DNA of 62,353 bases, counting the filler, from Asterionella formosa (lineage: Eukaryota), in assembly GCA_002256025.1 (NCBI GenBank). It is 21 parts of 21 records of this genome, joined end to end, with 100 filler letters (N's around TTAATTAATTAA, not from the genome) between each part and the next. Parts side by side here need not be neighbours in the genome. Positions count along the whole stretch, not along the records: positions 35,786 to 38,660 come from NKIB01014715.1; positions 38,761 to 41,633 come from NKIB01014716.1; positions 41,734 to 44,614 come from NKIB01014717.1; positions 44,715 to 47,584 come from NKIB01014718.1; positions 47,685 to 50,552 come from NKIB01014719.1; 16 more parts are not named here. One strand, given 5' to 3'. This document shows positions 38,346 through 50,552 of this stretch, in pieces; within the stretch, counting starts at the first letter, position 1; each line of letters starts with the position of its first letter. A program made the position numbers and the translations under genes. Under the pieces are notes generated by a model that was not told the origin of the DNA, searched no databases, and saw only the letters and a program-made list of their open reading frames with translations.

Positions 38346-41187
38346 AATAACTGTAAATACGCAAGCACAACACTATTAAATATTGCGCCAACTATTTTTT
38401 GTTATATATATAATACGGTACTCTGTATACATTACCTTTCAGCTTCGTGAGTCATACAAGAATCAGTAGTCCGCTCATCTCTATACCAATCTTCCAACAT
38501 CGACTATATCTCGATTAATTGGCGCAATGAGCTGCAAAGTAGTGGGTACGGCTGAAACTTCTGATGCTGCCTCTATTCGCATTGATTCGGAAGAGAAGCA
38601 ATGCGTTGTAGCTGATGAGGACGTCGAAGATATTGTTGAGTTGTCTACTGCTGATCCAACNNNNNNNNNNNNNNNNNNNNNNNNNNNNNNNNNNNNNNNN
38701 NNNNTTAATTAATTAANNNNNNNNNNNNNNNNNNNNNNNNNNNNNNNNNNNNNNNNNNNNACAAAGAATGATCGAAATTTGCCGCCGACAGCTGCGACGC
38801 AGAATGATAACGGCGAGGGCCGTGGATACAGGCGATTTCGGCGTAACGATGATTGAAATGCTCGCGATGCAGTAGAGAATGAAGAAGCTTGGTAAAAAAG
38901 AAAGGGAAGGACCATAATCGATGAACGTGGGTGCCAACAAAGTTGTGGCAAAGGTCTGTTAGGGGCTGTTCCAGCTGTTGGCATTTATGTTCTCCAGGCG
39001 ATCGTTTGTCTTTCTGTTCGATCACAGTGAGGTGTGGAGGCGTTTCGACTTTTTCGTTTTTCACATGCGCTTTAGGTAAGGGACGGAGGTGATGCGGCGT
39101 CGAGTAGTGCTTACCGGCATCAGTGGGAGAAGCTGGTTTTTGTGTGAAGACTTACAAACGTATTCCCAGCAAAAAATGATCAAATATATCTATTAATGAT
39201 CGTAGGTCCACAAAATTTCATTATGATACTTACTATAACTATTGTTGCATTCCGGGAAAGTCCGAATCAATTACAATCACTGAGTACCGGCACATGAATC
39301 TAGTGTGGTATTCATATGTTAAAGTATTACCTTTTTGTATAGATCTATATCGTTAGACAAAGAAGACTATAGATAGAGACGTTCGTTTCTCTTTCCGTTT
39401 CTATATTCTTATTGTGAGTTTACTAATCTAGTTTAGGTTGTTCTGTTTGAACAAAACAAACGAACTATTCTCCAAATGCTGTTTGCATTTCTAGGAACAT
39501 ACAATCATAGATAGACCCATGTCTATCTCACACTTACTGATCATAGGTATTTAACCATGATCATTCATTTCAAACAATCGGTCTTCCGAAATAGCTTATG
39601 TTGTCCGGCTCATTATAGTCGGAGTAGCAAAGTATAATGTGTGGTTGATGAGAGCTTGGTACATCAAAGTGGACTCATTCGAATCGTTTGACTCGTTTGA
39701 CTCCGAGTCCTAACTACGTAGATGAGCTCACTTTAACATTCATATACCGGCATTCTATATACTATTAATTATACAGGTGGTCTATCTGGTAGTAAGTATA
39801 GAGCAGGAGTACCGGTATGTTAAAAGGTCTCGTGCTCCTTCCCGTCTAACGGGTTTCCTCTTCGTAGGACTTACCTGTTGTACAACTACCATAGTATTGT
39901 TACCTTCTTTCTTCTGCTAGCCTTCGTGCTACTTTTCGCTATTGACCTTACTCTGTCAATTCTCACTGTTTCTTAATTATAAGCTTAAACTAAAACTAAG
40001 TTTCAATCCCATTCATCACACTTAGAGAACCTGTTCTTCGTGTTCCCTTTTCGTTGATGTAAACCTTCTTCTGATTGATCTAAGACATCAATCTCGTTAG
40101 CAAGCTTCTTGACATGGGAACGCACCATTTGACTCATTGGACTATAGTTGAGTCCACAGTCCTTCTTGTGACTCATTATAGCCATTGATGCTATATTCTT
40201 GACAGGAGTATTCATGGATAATAAATAAATTATTTCTTGTTCTGTCCTCTGTCTGGTGCACGTAGTTCGACAACAATTCCGGTGCGTTCGAGCTTGCTTG
40301 CTCTTCCCACCGGTACCTGGTACCAGTACGAGTATGATACGCCTAAATCCCAATACCAAGCATATCACGATCATGTGAGATGCAAGATGATTCACATGGA
40401 ACCCATTCATTTGGCTGATCAAGTGGCTGATGTGTACCTGGTACGGTTCCAAGCCCTTGCATCTCACTATATCGAGTCTCTTGAACATGGAAAAATAGGC
40501 CTTACAGCATTGGTTACCCCTTGAGCTCATGTGAATTGTTTTTAGAGGTGACAATCATAAAAATAATAAGGGAGGGGACAAAAACCGGGTTTTCCACTCA
40601 TGTGACTCACACACTATATTCAAATTCGATTTGAAAATATGTTTCCAAGCAGTCTCTGGTGTTTTGTGGCTTGTGTGGCAGATGGGAATGATCCAATACT
40701 TGGCGAGTCCATTGGTGCATGTTCAGTATTCCAATCTGAGGTGGTATTATCCAGGCAGTGATTGGCTTGCCCAAGCGATATGGCTTTTGGTGCTTCGTTC
40801 AAGGATATGTGTTGTATACTAGTGGCAGCTTTAAAAAGCCATTCTCTTGATGGTAGATAGAGGTTTCTTTCAAGTGCTGCATTGCTGCAGAAACACCTGT
40901 AGGTAGGCATTGGGATGTTGGCTCCCAACTATAGGGTATTTGATTCAGTGGTCCAAGAATTAATTTTGTCATTGGGGTTGGTTCTAGGTTCACCATGATA
41001 CATATATTGATGCTCTGTGCAAGCCAATCAACAGGATATTCAATTGCTACTACATGAACATGTCTCCAAACTTAATTGTTAGCTTGCAATGTACTTATTG
41101 AAAATGCAATGAAAGGTTACCTATCAAATTATCACTATATACAAACAAAGACCTTCAGCTGATCCACAAGACAAGTGTAGGAAAAGC

Positions 41188-41631
41188 TTAGCGAAGCCCA
41201 CCAAAGTAGTTGAGCCAAGCCAGAAGAGATTTAGAAATAAAGGACAGAAGGATAAATGCAATTTCTCCTTCGATGTAGTCTTCGAACCTCCCTTTCTTTG
41301 CACTTTGCAAATATAACAGCAGAGCGAAGGTACCATCGAGTGCAAAGATAATGAAAATAATAAACCAGACAAAAGATGGAGGATTGCCTCGTATGACAGA
41401 AGTAAAAAAGAAACAAAAGATGATTGCCCAGCTAGCCAGGTGTGGAACACAAGCCACTGCAAAAGGAAACCAATTTTGTTTGTATCCGTCTGCTCGGGCT
41501 TGGGCATTGACGGATTCATGGCAGCCGCCCAACAACATGGTGGTAGCTGTCAAGCAGAAAATGGAAAATAAAGTGGAAATGTCTGTCACACCGGAAAGCT
41601 GAGCTATCATGATGCGCATCAAGGAAGCCGA
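41188..41631 (-). CDS. Heliorhodopsin, 5'-partial (TM3 end to TM7)
   Basis: SASLM..IAQLSGVTDISTL..IF, WFPF, PPSFVW.IIF, YLQ..KKGRFEDYIEGEIAFILLSFISKSLLAW. These match the heliorhodopsin pattern, including the SxxxK retinal-binding lysine. Confidence 0.9.
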   Translation of the reverse strand, partial: SASLMRIMIAQLSGVTDISTLFSIFCLTATTMLLGGCHESVNAQARADGYKQNWFPFAVACVPHLASWAIIFCFFFTSVIRGNPPSFVWFIIFIIFALDGTFALLLYLQSAKKGRFEDYIEGEIAFILLSFISKSLLAWLNYFGGLR

Positions 41632-41733
41632 AANNNNNNNNNNNNNNNNNNNNNNNNNNNNNNNNNNNNNNNNNNNNTTAATTAATTAANNNNNNNNNNN
41701 NNNNNNNNNNNNNNNNNNNNNNNNNNNNNNNNN

Positions 41734-44614
41734 CAAAGACGGTTGCAGATTTTGAAACAACCATTAAGAACATGATCGCAATTGTCCTTTTCGTTCTAGG
41801 AAATTGCTTCACTGCTGACCGATTGTGCATGTGGCTAACCCATCATGGCTGATATCGAGGCAAATCGCGCCACCTATCGGCATTGCTCCGATCTCTATTT
41901 TCGCTTTTTCGCGCACCAACTTACAATCATGGACAACATGATACAGGCGTTCTGGCGCAACTCAAGGTATGCAAAATCAGTCCAAGAAATGGATTTTCAA
42001 CTCCTCGATTTCTCGCAACAACAACGCCAGATCGCTGTCGGAAACCCCATGACCTCACCACTTCATCCACGGGTTGCCGCACTTTTTCTACATTCCAAAC
42101 GTAGTCGGGATGACCAATTCGACGAGACCAATCGCAGACAACAGCAACAAGGAAACAGACATCAACAGCAGGAAAACAACCACCAACAAAACACAACAAA
42201 TTTCATCCGAGGCAGAGCAGTCACCAACCCGCGAGCCGACATCCTTTTTCGACTTCCGACAGGCATCTTCTATCGCGACGCTTTTCCGCCCTCAGTTCTG
42301 CGAAAGGCACCCAGAGTGAATGGGGCAACAAATTTTTGCCGTTGGCAGATATCAGGGATCTGCATAGACAACTGTGATAGAAAAGACACACACGTTCAGT
42401 TAACAGGCGACAACAAAAAAGCATTTGCAACATTTTTCACCGCGGCCATTCGCGATGTGACATCGACCACACCACGCAGTTCGAACACATCAAATTGACT
42501 AGGGCACACCCGGGTAGTCCCTGTACCGCATTCAGTAACGAGGCATTTAACAGTCTATCGCGGTTCATCGTCAATAGTAGCGCACAAGATCGAGACGACG
42601 ACAATTCCAAAACTTACCATCACCGAGTCAGGAAAGATTCGTCCATCCGATATCTCAAAATTATTAACCACATCATGCACGAAGTTTTTCGCACATTTAC
42701 GAGATCAGAATACGGACTCAGCACGTTGTATCAGGATAACGGCCTTACCGCCACTACCGATATCACCACTACCGCACCCACCACCGTACCTGGCATGACC
42801 CAGCACACATCTGCTACACTCCAGCACGCGGATGCCGCAACCCAACAATGAAACTATCCTGGGTAAGTCAAGCTATCATACCGGTGGTAGCGATTCCGAC
42901 TGTACAGATCACGACACAATACTAGCTACAGATGTTTGGGTACCTGGTACCCGACAGCACAGACACAAACTCGCCTGACCGCCACCACGACACTCCGCGG
43001 CAATTTGCACAAATAGCCCCACTCCCCGCCAGCCCCACCATCAAACAACACACATCACGCCATACTTTGGAAAACAAGTTGCTCCGACACATCAATTGCA
43101 TTCTAGATACCCCATCACCGCATATGAACACACCGACATTTCGTTTCGAATGGAGTACTGAGGCGGCAAACCACAACTGGGCGATACTAGTACAGTTCAA
43201 TCTAGACATTACCAAGGCAATTGCGAGCCAGGCCAACTCCCCGCTCAGTATAGGTTCGGGATTCCGAGCATTACACCTACTGCGTCCTCTACTATCCTAC
43301 CATCCGCTGTGGGGACGTTTCGTAACTCTCATCACGACTGGTGTAGAATTCCCACTCAAACCTCTACCAGACGAGCAGAGGCTACACGACTTGGAGCTCG
43401 CCGTCGCGCGAGGCAACCACACATCGGCGAAACTTAAACATGAAATAGTTACGAAACTTCTAATCAAAGAAGTCGACAGAGGCTGGCAACTCCCACTCCC
43501 ACCGGAAAATATCCGCCTACTACCACACGCTGTTGTAGCGCCGATAGGTCTAGTGACGCAAGCCACAATCAATGCACACGGGGAAATAATACCCAAGAAA
43601 GACCGGCTGACCCACGGGGACTTCCATCAACGCGTGTGTCATATTTGACTCGCTGACACCGTGTAGATACGGCACCGCACTGCGACGATTTATTCACTAC
43701 ATAGTGGATCTAAGAAGAATCTATCCGTACACTCGAATTCTAATGACTAAATTAGATTTTAAAGCCGCGTATCGCCGCCTACATGCATACATCGAGTCTC
43801 ACAGCGTCACAGGCTGTAGTCATTATCGATGATATAGCGCTTCTCGCTTTACGGATGACTTTCGGGGGGGGGGGGGGGGGGGGGGCGGCGCGCGGGGGGG
43901 GGGNNNNNNNNNNCCCCCCCGCCCCCCCCCCCCCCCCCCACCAAACCCAAGCATGTGGAGCGATGTCTCTGAACTAGCATGCGACACGTGCAATTTGTTC
44001 TCACGTTGCGACCGATGGAACTCGGAGTCCACACCCACACTGGAATCCCCGCACCAACAAAAATACTTCACCATGCCAAGGTACCTCAACACTAGGTCAA
44101 CTTGTGAAGCAGCACAACCCATGACGGTAGCGATCGACGCTGACCTAGCACCATTTACTGAATGTTATCTAGACGATCTATTTACGTGTTTCTTGGATAA
44201 TCCGACAGCTATGTGGAAAGGTTCACGAATTACACTGCTTATGCTACATCTGTTGGGCAGACCTATAGCTTACTCTGAACCCCTACAACGTGAAGATCTA
44301 CTCGCATTCGAAAAAATGACAGCAGAAGGCTCCCCAGAAGAATCCAAGATAATATTAGTAGGATGGGAGGTGAACACACGCACCCTTCGACTACGCCTCC
44401 CCCACGATAAACTCACGTCCTGGAATGCGGAAATTTACCGCATAATACAGTTGCCCATGGTTGATTGTGAAGTATTTCCGGCGAATTTGGACCGAATTCC
44501 TTGCGTCCATTGGATTTTGTGATGTCACCGATCCATTCCTCGCCAACCTCTCCCCAGAACAACGCATTCGACTCATCGGAGCGTTCGCGCATGCCGTCCG
44601 GCAGGCCGAGTTCA
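41734..44614 (+). mobile_element. DIRS/Ngaro-like tyrosine-recombinase retrotransposon, degenerate
   Basis: Gag-like ORF ending in a Cys/His finger (FCRWQISGICIDNCDRKDTH). RT motifs RGNH.SA, KEVDRGWQ, APIG, KDRLTH, KLDFKAAYRRLH, LRMTFGG, YLDD and GWEVNT, then an abrupt jump into a putative recombinase N-terminus (WTEFLASIG..DPFL..LIGAFAHAVR). Frameshifts present. Confidence 0.78.
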
Positions 44615-45269
44615 NNNNNNNNNNNNNNNNNNNNNNNNNNNNNNNNNNNNNNNNNNNNTTAATTAATTAANNNNNNNNNNNNNNNNNNNNNNNNNNNNNN
44701 NNNNNNNNNNNNNNTATTTCCTGATGTGTCTTCATTGCGCTTCATGGCCCATGTAAGATGGGGCAGTGGTGGATAGAGGTGGTCACTCCCTCATATGGGA
44801 GTATGAAAATTTTAAAAAATCATATTTACAGAAATGGTCTGTTTTGATCTGATTTGGATGAATGGACATTGTCAAAATCTTAACTCAATTTAATAATGCT
44901 GTTGGGTGGATTTCGATCATTTTGGTTCTATCTAGTACATGAGTTTCTTGTCAATTCTTGTGGTACTTTCATATGCTTGTAGCTGCAATGGCGATGAAAC
45001 GGACTCAATTAATGATGATGTAGTTGTAAAAAATATACATTGTCCTCCATGGTGAGAGAGGGTCCTTACCAGTGCTAGTAGGATTGCTGTGAAAGTCCTA
45101 ATACCGGTAGCTAATTTTCTTTCAACAACATTTGGGTGCTTTGACAAAAATGTACATATATATGATGTATAGAGAGAAACTAAATTTTTAAGTACAGTAC
45201 GCGTTATTGAGCCTCGACTATAGTTTGGACATGCATTTATATATATATATATATGTCATAAACAAAGCA

Positions 45270-45321
45270 GGTGGAGAATGCGGGAATCGAACCCTCCACC
45301 TCGGAAGGTGAGCTAACAACC
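45270..45321 (-). pseudogene. tRNA-Ala-like pseudogene lacking the anticodon arm
   Basis: The minus strand reads GGTTGTTAGCTCA-CCTTCC-GAGGTGGAGGGTTCGATTCCCGCATTCTCCACC, with a D-arm start, T-arm B-box and a tRNA-Ala-type 3' acceptor. Confidence 0.55.
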
Positions 45322-45650
45322 GGTACTCTGAGTACGGGTAAGACTGTACGTATTATGTTGTTGATTCTCTGTTGAAAACATAACTCTCCCGGTGCTATGC
45401 ATGGTACCTAGTACCTGGTACCAGGTAATAGGAAGAGATTCGAGCGAGGGCCGCAGCAAGAAACCCCAAATGTTTCTGAAGCGGTTCAAGAATGCAACGC
45501 CATGATACTCTTAATTCTCAAGAACTCCAATGCAGCCTCTGACTTTGTCTCTTGGATCCTATTAAGCTCAGGAGAATACTTATCGCGAGAGAGCGAATGC
45601 ATGCAATGAATGAATCAGCAACAAGTGACATCAAACAGCTGAAATCGGAA

Positions 45651-47183
45651 ATGAACACATTCGCCTTTTCTGCGCTGTATGCCACACTGCTTCTCGTTCG
45701 CTTCATTTGCGTGGTCCTTCCTGGGTATATTCACCCCGATGAATTCTTTCAAGGCGGCCAGGAGCTATTTTTTGGGACAGTCCAAACCTGGGAATGGAAG
45801 GAAGCCGCAGCAGCTAGGAGCATTTTACCTCCGCTGTTCATGACTTGGCTCCCAATTCAAGGTGCCCGGCTTCTTTTCTGGGGGCCATCCGTCAGAATTT
45901 CGTGGCTCGCACCCAGAATATGGATGACTTGTCTGTCGTTGGTAGTTGATGCTGTGTGTTGGAATCTGGGCAACCGAAAATCTGTACTATTGTTGGCGTC
46001 GGCCTGGCCAACGCTACTATTTCTTACCCGACCGTGGAGCAATTCGTTAGAAACATTGGAATTGGCACTACTGTTTTGGATTGTGACTGTACAGCAAAAA
46101 GGTTTGCGAAAAAATTTATGCTTGGGCGGCCTTGCTGCAATCGGGCTTTGGACGAGATTTTCGTTCCCCTTATTTGCCTTTCCTGTTTACCTGAAACATT
46201 TATGTACGGCAGCATCGGTCCCCAAGACATTCCTGGGTCTTGCAACTGGCTTTCTGTTAATGGCTGGCATTTTTATATACTCAGATATACTATTCTATCA
46301 TGGTGCCTTTGCTTGGGGACATGTTCCCAACACCATTGCGCCTCTCAATTTATTTCTTTACAATTTCGATGTGACCAATTTGGCTCAACACGGATTGCAC
46401 TTTCAAGGCTTGCATGCCCTAGTAAATATGCCCATGCTCTTTGGGGTCATGGGGATTTGGTTTTATTGGGATTATGGGTTTGGAGAAACATCAATTCCCA
46501 ATAGCCTTGTCGGCATGTGTCGATGGACCATTGTTTCTGGCGTTGTTTTGTTGTCGTGCTCACCTCATCAAGAACCCAGATTCCTTCTGCCTTGCTTAGT
46601 GCCATTATGTATTTTAGCATCTCAAATACCTGTTTCAAAGTGGGTCATGTCGATTTGGATGGGATCCAACCTTTTGATTGGCGTTTTTTGGGGTGTCCTA
46701 CATCAAGGTCAAGTCACCAATTCGCTATTGGCACTCAACGACTTCACGGAAACCACACCACCATCAGTGGTATACTACTATTGGAGAACGTATATGCCAC
46801 CCACGTTTCTGGTGCAACCATGCAACACGGAGGAACAATGTACCAATCTTGACATTATTGATGCAAAAAGTAGTCATTCATCAGAATTTATCCCAACCAT
46901 GGACACATTATTGCAATGTGGGCACCACAAGGATAGAGCCATTCATGTGGTGACACCAACTTTGTATTCAAGTCACGGACTAGAATTCTCTCCCACAGCT
47001 TGTCATGTTCCTTCATATAATTGTACCCTAATTCGGTCCCATTGGCCGCATGTTTCAACAGAGGACTTGCCACCTTGGAGAGGTTCCTTATCCAGTATTC
47101 TGAATGATTTGCAATTGGGAGTCTACCTGGTAAGTTGCCTAGCTGCTCCCGTGCATACAGGACTGGATTCAGAAGGTGAATGA
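45651..47183 (+). CDS. PIGZ: GPI mannosyltransferase 4 (PIG-Z/Smp3, Alg9-like GT22 family)
   Basis: GYIHPDEFFQ, RSILP, RPWSNSLE, HQEPRFLLP and LHQG, with many TM segments. Start is uncertain (ATG 45597, 45606 or 45651). Confidence 0.88.
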   Translation: MNTFAFSALYATLLLVRFICVVLPGYIHPDEFFQGGQELFFGTVQTWEWKEAAAARSILPPLFMTWLPIQGARLLFWGPSVRISWLAPRIWMTCLSLVVDAVCWNLGNRKSVLLLASAWPTLLFLTRPWSNSLETLELALLFWIVTVQQKGLRKNLCLGGLAAIGLWTRFSFPLFAFPVYLKHLCTAASVPKTFLGLATGFLLMAGIFIYSDILFYHGAFAWGHVPNTIAPLNLFLYNFDVTNLAQHGLHFQGLHALVNMPMLFGVMGIWFYWDYGFGETSIPNSLVGMCRWTIVSGVVLLSCSPHQEPRFLLPCLVPLCILASQIPVSKWVMSIWMGSNLLIGVFWGVLHQGQVTNSLLALNDFTETTPPSVVYYYWRTYMPPTFLVQPCNTEEQCTNLDIIDAKSSHSSEFIPTMDTLLQCGHHKDRAIHVVTPTLYSSHGLEFSPTACHVPSYNCTLIRSHWPHVSTEDLPPWRGSLSSILNDLQLGVYLVSCLAAPVHTGLDSEGE

Positions 47184-48151
47184 GAGAATTACGTGCCTTG
47201 GGGTAACAACAACAGTGGTCATCATGTGGACTGTTTGTATCGGTGCCATTTTGGATAGCCACAATGTCCTCCTGGCTGGCACTTCCAGGCTTACAAAATA
47301 AATAGCGATTGATCTTTGCAAATATTTATTTAACCGGGTATATGTTAGATTTGACAACTGGACGGTATATTCAACTAAAGCAAGGATTCTCAGTTGAGGA
47401 TGTGACCAAATGTGTAGACCACCTGGTATTTATACAGGCTAAAAACAACCTATGACTACCCGTACATACCGTACATAGACGAGCACTACTGGGACTGTAT
47501 AGCAGCACAGTATTATATGCATTGGTGTTCTTTACGCATATGTACTGGCACTTTTCCGTTTCCTTCCTGGTTCAGAACAGTGCANNNNNNNNNNNNNNNN
47601 NNNNNNNNNNNNNNNNNNNNNNNNNNNNTTAATTAATTAANNNNNNNNNNNNNNNNNNNNNNNNNNNNNNNNNNNNNNNNNNNNGGTATATTTGTAAATA
47701 AAAACATCCGGAAAATGCAGGAAAATTGGTTCAAAGTGAAAGGTTATGAGTACAGGTCGTTAAACCTTCTTCCAACCAATTTTTGTTATGTTTTCCCTCT
47801 CTCCTTGTTCTATATTTTCCTGATCCATTCTTTCCATCATGAAAATTTGTTCGTACGTACACATCATTTGACGTTCTGCATTATCGCATTTAAATGCCGG
47901 TATAAAATACGGAGTCTTGTGTATGTACTACATATCATTCCTATATCGTCCTCTCCTTCTTTTGGTTTGCCCTTCAATGCATGACAGATACTCCGTACCT
48001 GCGGATGATTTGATTTTCACACGGGATCCATCAGCCATCCTACCGGAACTTGTATCATCCGTACATTCACCATTTCTTGCCTGCTGTGGACATCCCGAAC
48101 AGAACGACTGGTTATCCCCCTTCATTCACCGACTTTCATCAGCCAACCACC

Positions 48152-49360
48152 ATGTCAAAGAAATCGAACGCCCAAATCAAGCGCATGATTGATCGAGCTG
48201 CAAAACGTGGCGAAGTATACGTGGCTCCTGTTATACCTGAACAGGAAGACCAACTATCGCCAGGAGAATCCTCCATTTGCAAGCTCAGCAAACAAGACTC
48301 CAAAAAGCTCAAGGCTGTAATTCAACTAAACAAGGATCTTGAAGCAGTCGATAAAGACGAAGACATGCGAGCCAAGGATCGCCGATCTGCCAAGCGCAAG
48401 GCAGAAGCGATTGCAGCGGAAGAAAGTGGTTGCACGCTCGAAGAATTGATGGCATGGTACAAGGAACACGGGTCTTCTCAACAAAAAGAGGAGGAAGGAG
48501 AATTAGTCAAGAAAACGGGGAAGACTGCCACAGACGAAGATAAACCCTTTCACAACCCATACATTGTCTTCATTGGTCAACTGGCTTTCACAACTACGAA
48601 GGAAGGATTGTTTGCTCACGTTAAGGAAGAACTCGGAAAGGAATTCAAAGTCACTCCAGCGACGTGTAAGATTCGACTCCTTACAGACCCCAAAACGAAC
48701 AAATCTCGAGGCATGGCGTTTTTGGAAACCAATGACCCTGAAATGCTCTATGCTACGCTTAAGCTTCACCACACTTTGTTGGATGGCCGCCGCCTCAATG
48801 TCGAACGTTCCGCCGGAGGAGGAAAGGAAAACAGAAAAGAAAAGCTTAAGACATACAGAAAAGAGCAGGAAACATTTCTGTCAGATGCCGTTGACAATAT
48901 GATTCAAGAATATGTCAAGTCGGGCGAATTGAACAAGGGTGAACTCGACGATGGTGTCATTCTCTTATGCAAACGCCATTCACCAGCAACCGTCGAAGCT
49001 ACATTAATAAAGTACCTCGAAAGCAATGGAAGGGACATGGAAAACCCAAGTGCTTACTTTTCATTCATGATTGGAAAAATTGCTGCTGAAGGCCTTTATG
49101 AGACAGCACAAGAACGATTGGACAAGAAGCGTGCCAAGGAAGGTCCTAACAAACACACTGGTGTCAAGGAGTGGGAACCGAAAAAGAGGCGGCATCCGAT
49201 TGATGGTGATACGGCTTTGGGACGGATTGGAAACAAGCTGCAAAAGTCCTCTGGCTTTGCGAAGGCAGGTGTGGACATGAGCAACAGTACTATAAATGAC
49301 GGCGACATGTCCAAGATTTTCCCGTCTAGTAGAGGACGCGGACGTGGGCGAGGAAAATGA
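48152..49360 (+). CDS. RRM-domain RNA-binding protein, Nop6-like
   Basis: RNP2 VFIGQL, RNP1 RGMAFLE, LHHTLLDGRRLNVERSAGGG, Lys-rich segments and C-terminal RGRGRG. Confidence 0.8.
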   Translation: MSKKSNAQIKRMIDRAAKRGEVYVAPVIPEQEDQLSPGESSICKLSKQDSKKLKAVIQLNKDLEAVDKDEDMRAKDRRSAKRKAEAIAAEESGCTLEELMAWYKEHGSSQQKEEEGELVKKTGKTATDEDKPFHNPYIVFIGQLAFTTTKEGLFAHVKEELGKEFKVTPATCKIRLLTDPKTNKSRGMAFLETNDPEMLYATLKLHHTLLDGRRLNVERSAGGGKENRKEKLKTYRKEQETFLSDAVDNMIQEYVKSGELNKGELDDGVILLCKRHSPATVEATLIKYLESNGRDMENPSAYFSFMIGKIAAEGLYETAQERLDKKRAKEGPNKHTGVKEWEPKKRRHPIDGDTALGRIGNKLQKSSGFAKAGVDMSNSTINDGDMSKIFPSSRGRGRGRGK

Positions 49361-49436
49361 AGTTATTGTCATTAGTGATTGTAACTAGTCGATTTTTAAA
49401 GAAAAATTCCGTCTGTGACGCATGCCTATATGTAGT

Positions 49437-50552
49437 TCAACGATCAGAAATCGGCGATGAATCCTCGTCGTCTAATTCCTTACTTCTCGGTCTTCCTTGC
49501 TTTGGCGTCCAATTGAATCCAAGAGCATCGAGTTGCGCTCGCCGTGCTTTTCCGGCAATCCCATGCACATAGGCACCCTTGATTCTGACATCTTTGAGTC
49601 GTTGCCCGAGGGGCAAACCCCAGAGATACTCGGGCCAGGGCCATGAGTCATCGCCACCAGCTACTCGGTTTTCAATGATCGCCCTTGCATTCAGTGGCGC
49701 TGGCACGATGAACCCGAAGGGGACGTCCAAATTTCGATTGTGCATTTGGGAGTAAATCGCAGCTGCATGAACAACTTCCAGCCAGCCCATGGCAGCATTC
49801 CCATTCCACTGAAATCCTAACTCTTCCAATATTTTCTGCCTCCGGTTGTCATTTTTTACATACAAGCCCTTGTGTCGGACCGCTGCACACTTGGCTCCAA
49901 GTGGATAACTCCAAAGCTCTTTGGGCCATGCATCGTCTCCAGAAGGAATGACAAAAGTTGATGGTATTCGAATTGCAAATTGTCTTCCGGTAAATTGATT
50001 TTTTTGCCGCTGCCATTTCGAGTAGAATTGAAGGGCCCAGCAAAACTTACGGAAGACATGATCGTTGATGTCCCAGACGAAACCTAATCGATCCAACTGC
50101 CTCCTTCTTGCAGCTCCCTTGTTACCACGCAAAAAATCATTTCGTGATCTCATCCTGTAAACATTCTTACCCAGCTTGATCCCCCAAGTAGCCTTGGGCC
50201 AAAGATCGTCTCCATGTGGAACTACAAAGGACGTTGGCACAAGCAAATTTCCGTTCAATGATAAATAACAGATTAGGGCTTCCATAATTAGGTTCCATTC
50301 TGGTTGAAGCCGGTCCCACACAAAACCTAGTGCATTTAACTCTGCCACTCGATGTGGATGATGTCGCACATTTCGCATCCACCATCGCATGGTATAGACA
50401 GTACTACTCAAGTCGAGTCCACGCCATTCAGGCGGGTAGGGGTCTTGTGCAGGAATTAGATATCGTCGTGGAATGACCAAATTCCCATGAAGGGAGTGAT
50501 AGACTCTGAGTGCAGCCAAAGCCGACTCGTAGGGTAGGTAATCCCCATTCCG
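49437..50552 (-). CDS. 5'-partial protein with divergent helicase-associated-like repeats
   Basis: Four units of AL..Y...(G)NL.VP..F.VP....WP...WG..LG......R...L..LGF.W. Frame is open from the contig edge. Confidence 0.8.
   Translation of the reverse strand, partial: RNGDYLPYESALAALRVYHSLHGNLVIPRRYLIPAQDPYPPEWRGLDLSSTVYTMRWWMRNVRHHPHRVAELNALGFVWDRLQPEWNLIMEALICYLSLNGNLLVPTSFVVPHGDDLWPKATWGIKLGKNVYRMRSRNDFLRGNKGAARRRQLDRLGFVWDINDHVFRKFCWALQFYSKWQRQKNQFTGRQFAIRIPSTFVIPSGDDAWPKELWSYPLGAKCAAVRHKGLYVKNDNRRQKILEELGFQWNGNAAMGWLEVVHAAAIYSQMHNRNLDVPFGFIVPAPLNARAIIENRVAGGDDSWPWPEYLWGLPLGQRLKDVRIKGAYVHGIAGKARRAQLDALGFNWTPKQGRPRSKELDDEDSSPISDR

Noticed and set aside
38761..41100. ORFs 40003-40554 and 40620-40928 and the GC-richer stretch at 38761-39150
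   Set aside because: They look like decayed coding sequence, but no family motif could be recognised.
43864..43939. Poly-G / N10 / poly-C tract suggesting a G-quadruplex or hairpin
   Set aside because: It flanks a scaffold gap and interrupts the RT motif FGG-(A)PNPSMW; most likely a sequencing or gap-filling artefact.
45857..47262. Overlapping antisense and alternate-frame ORFs within PIGZ (likewise within other long CDSs)
   Set aside because: Shadow ORFs of real genes with no independent motifs.
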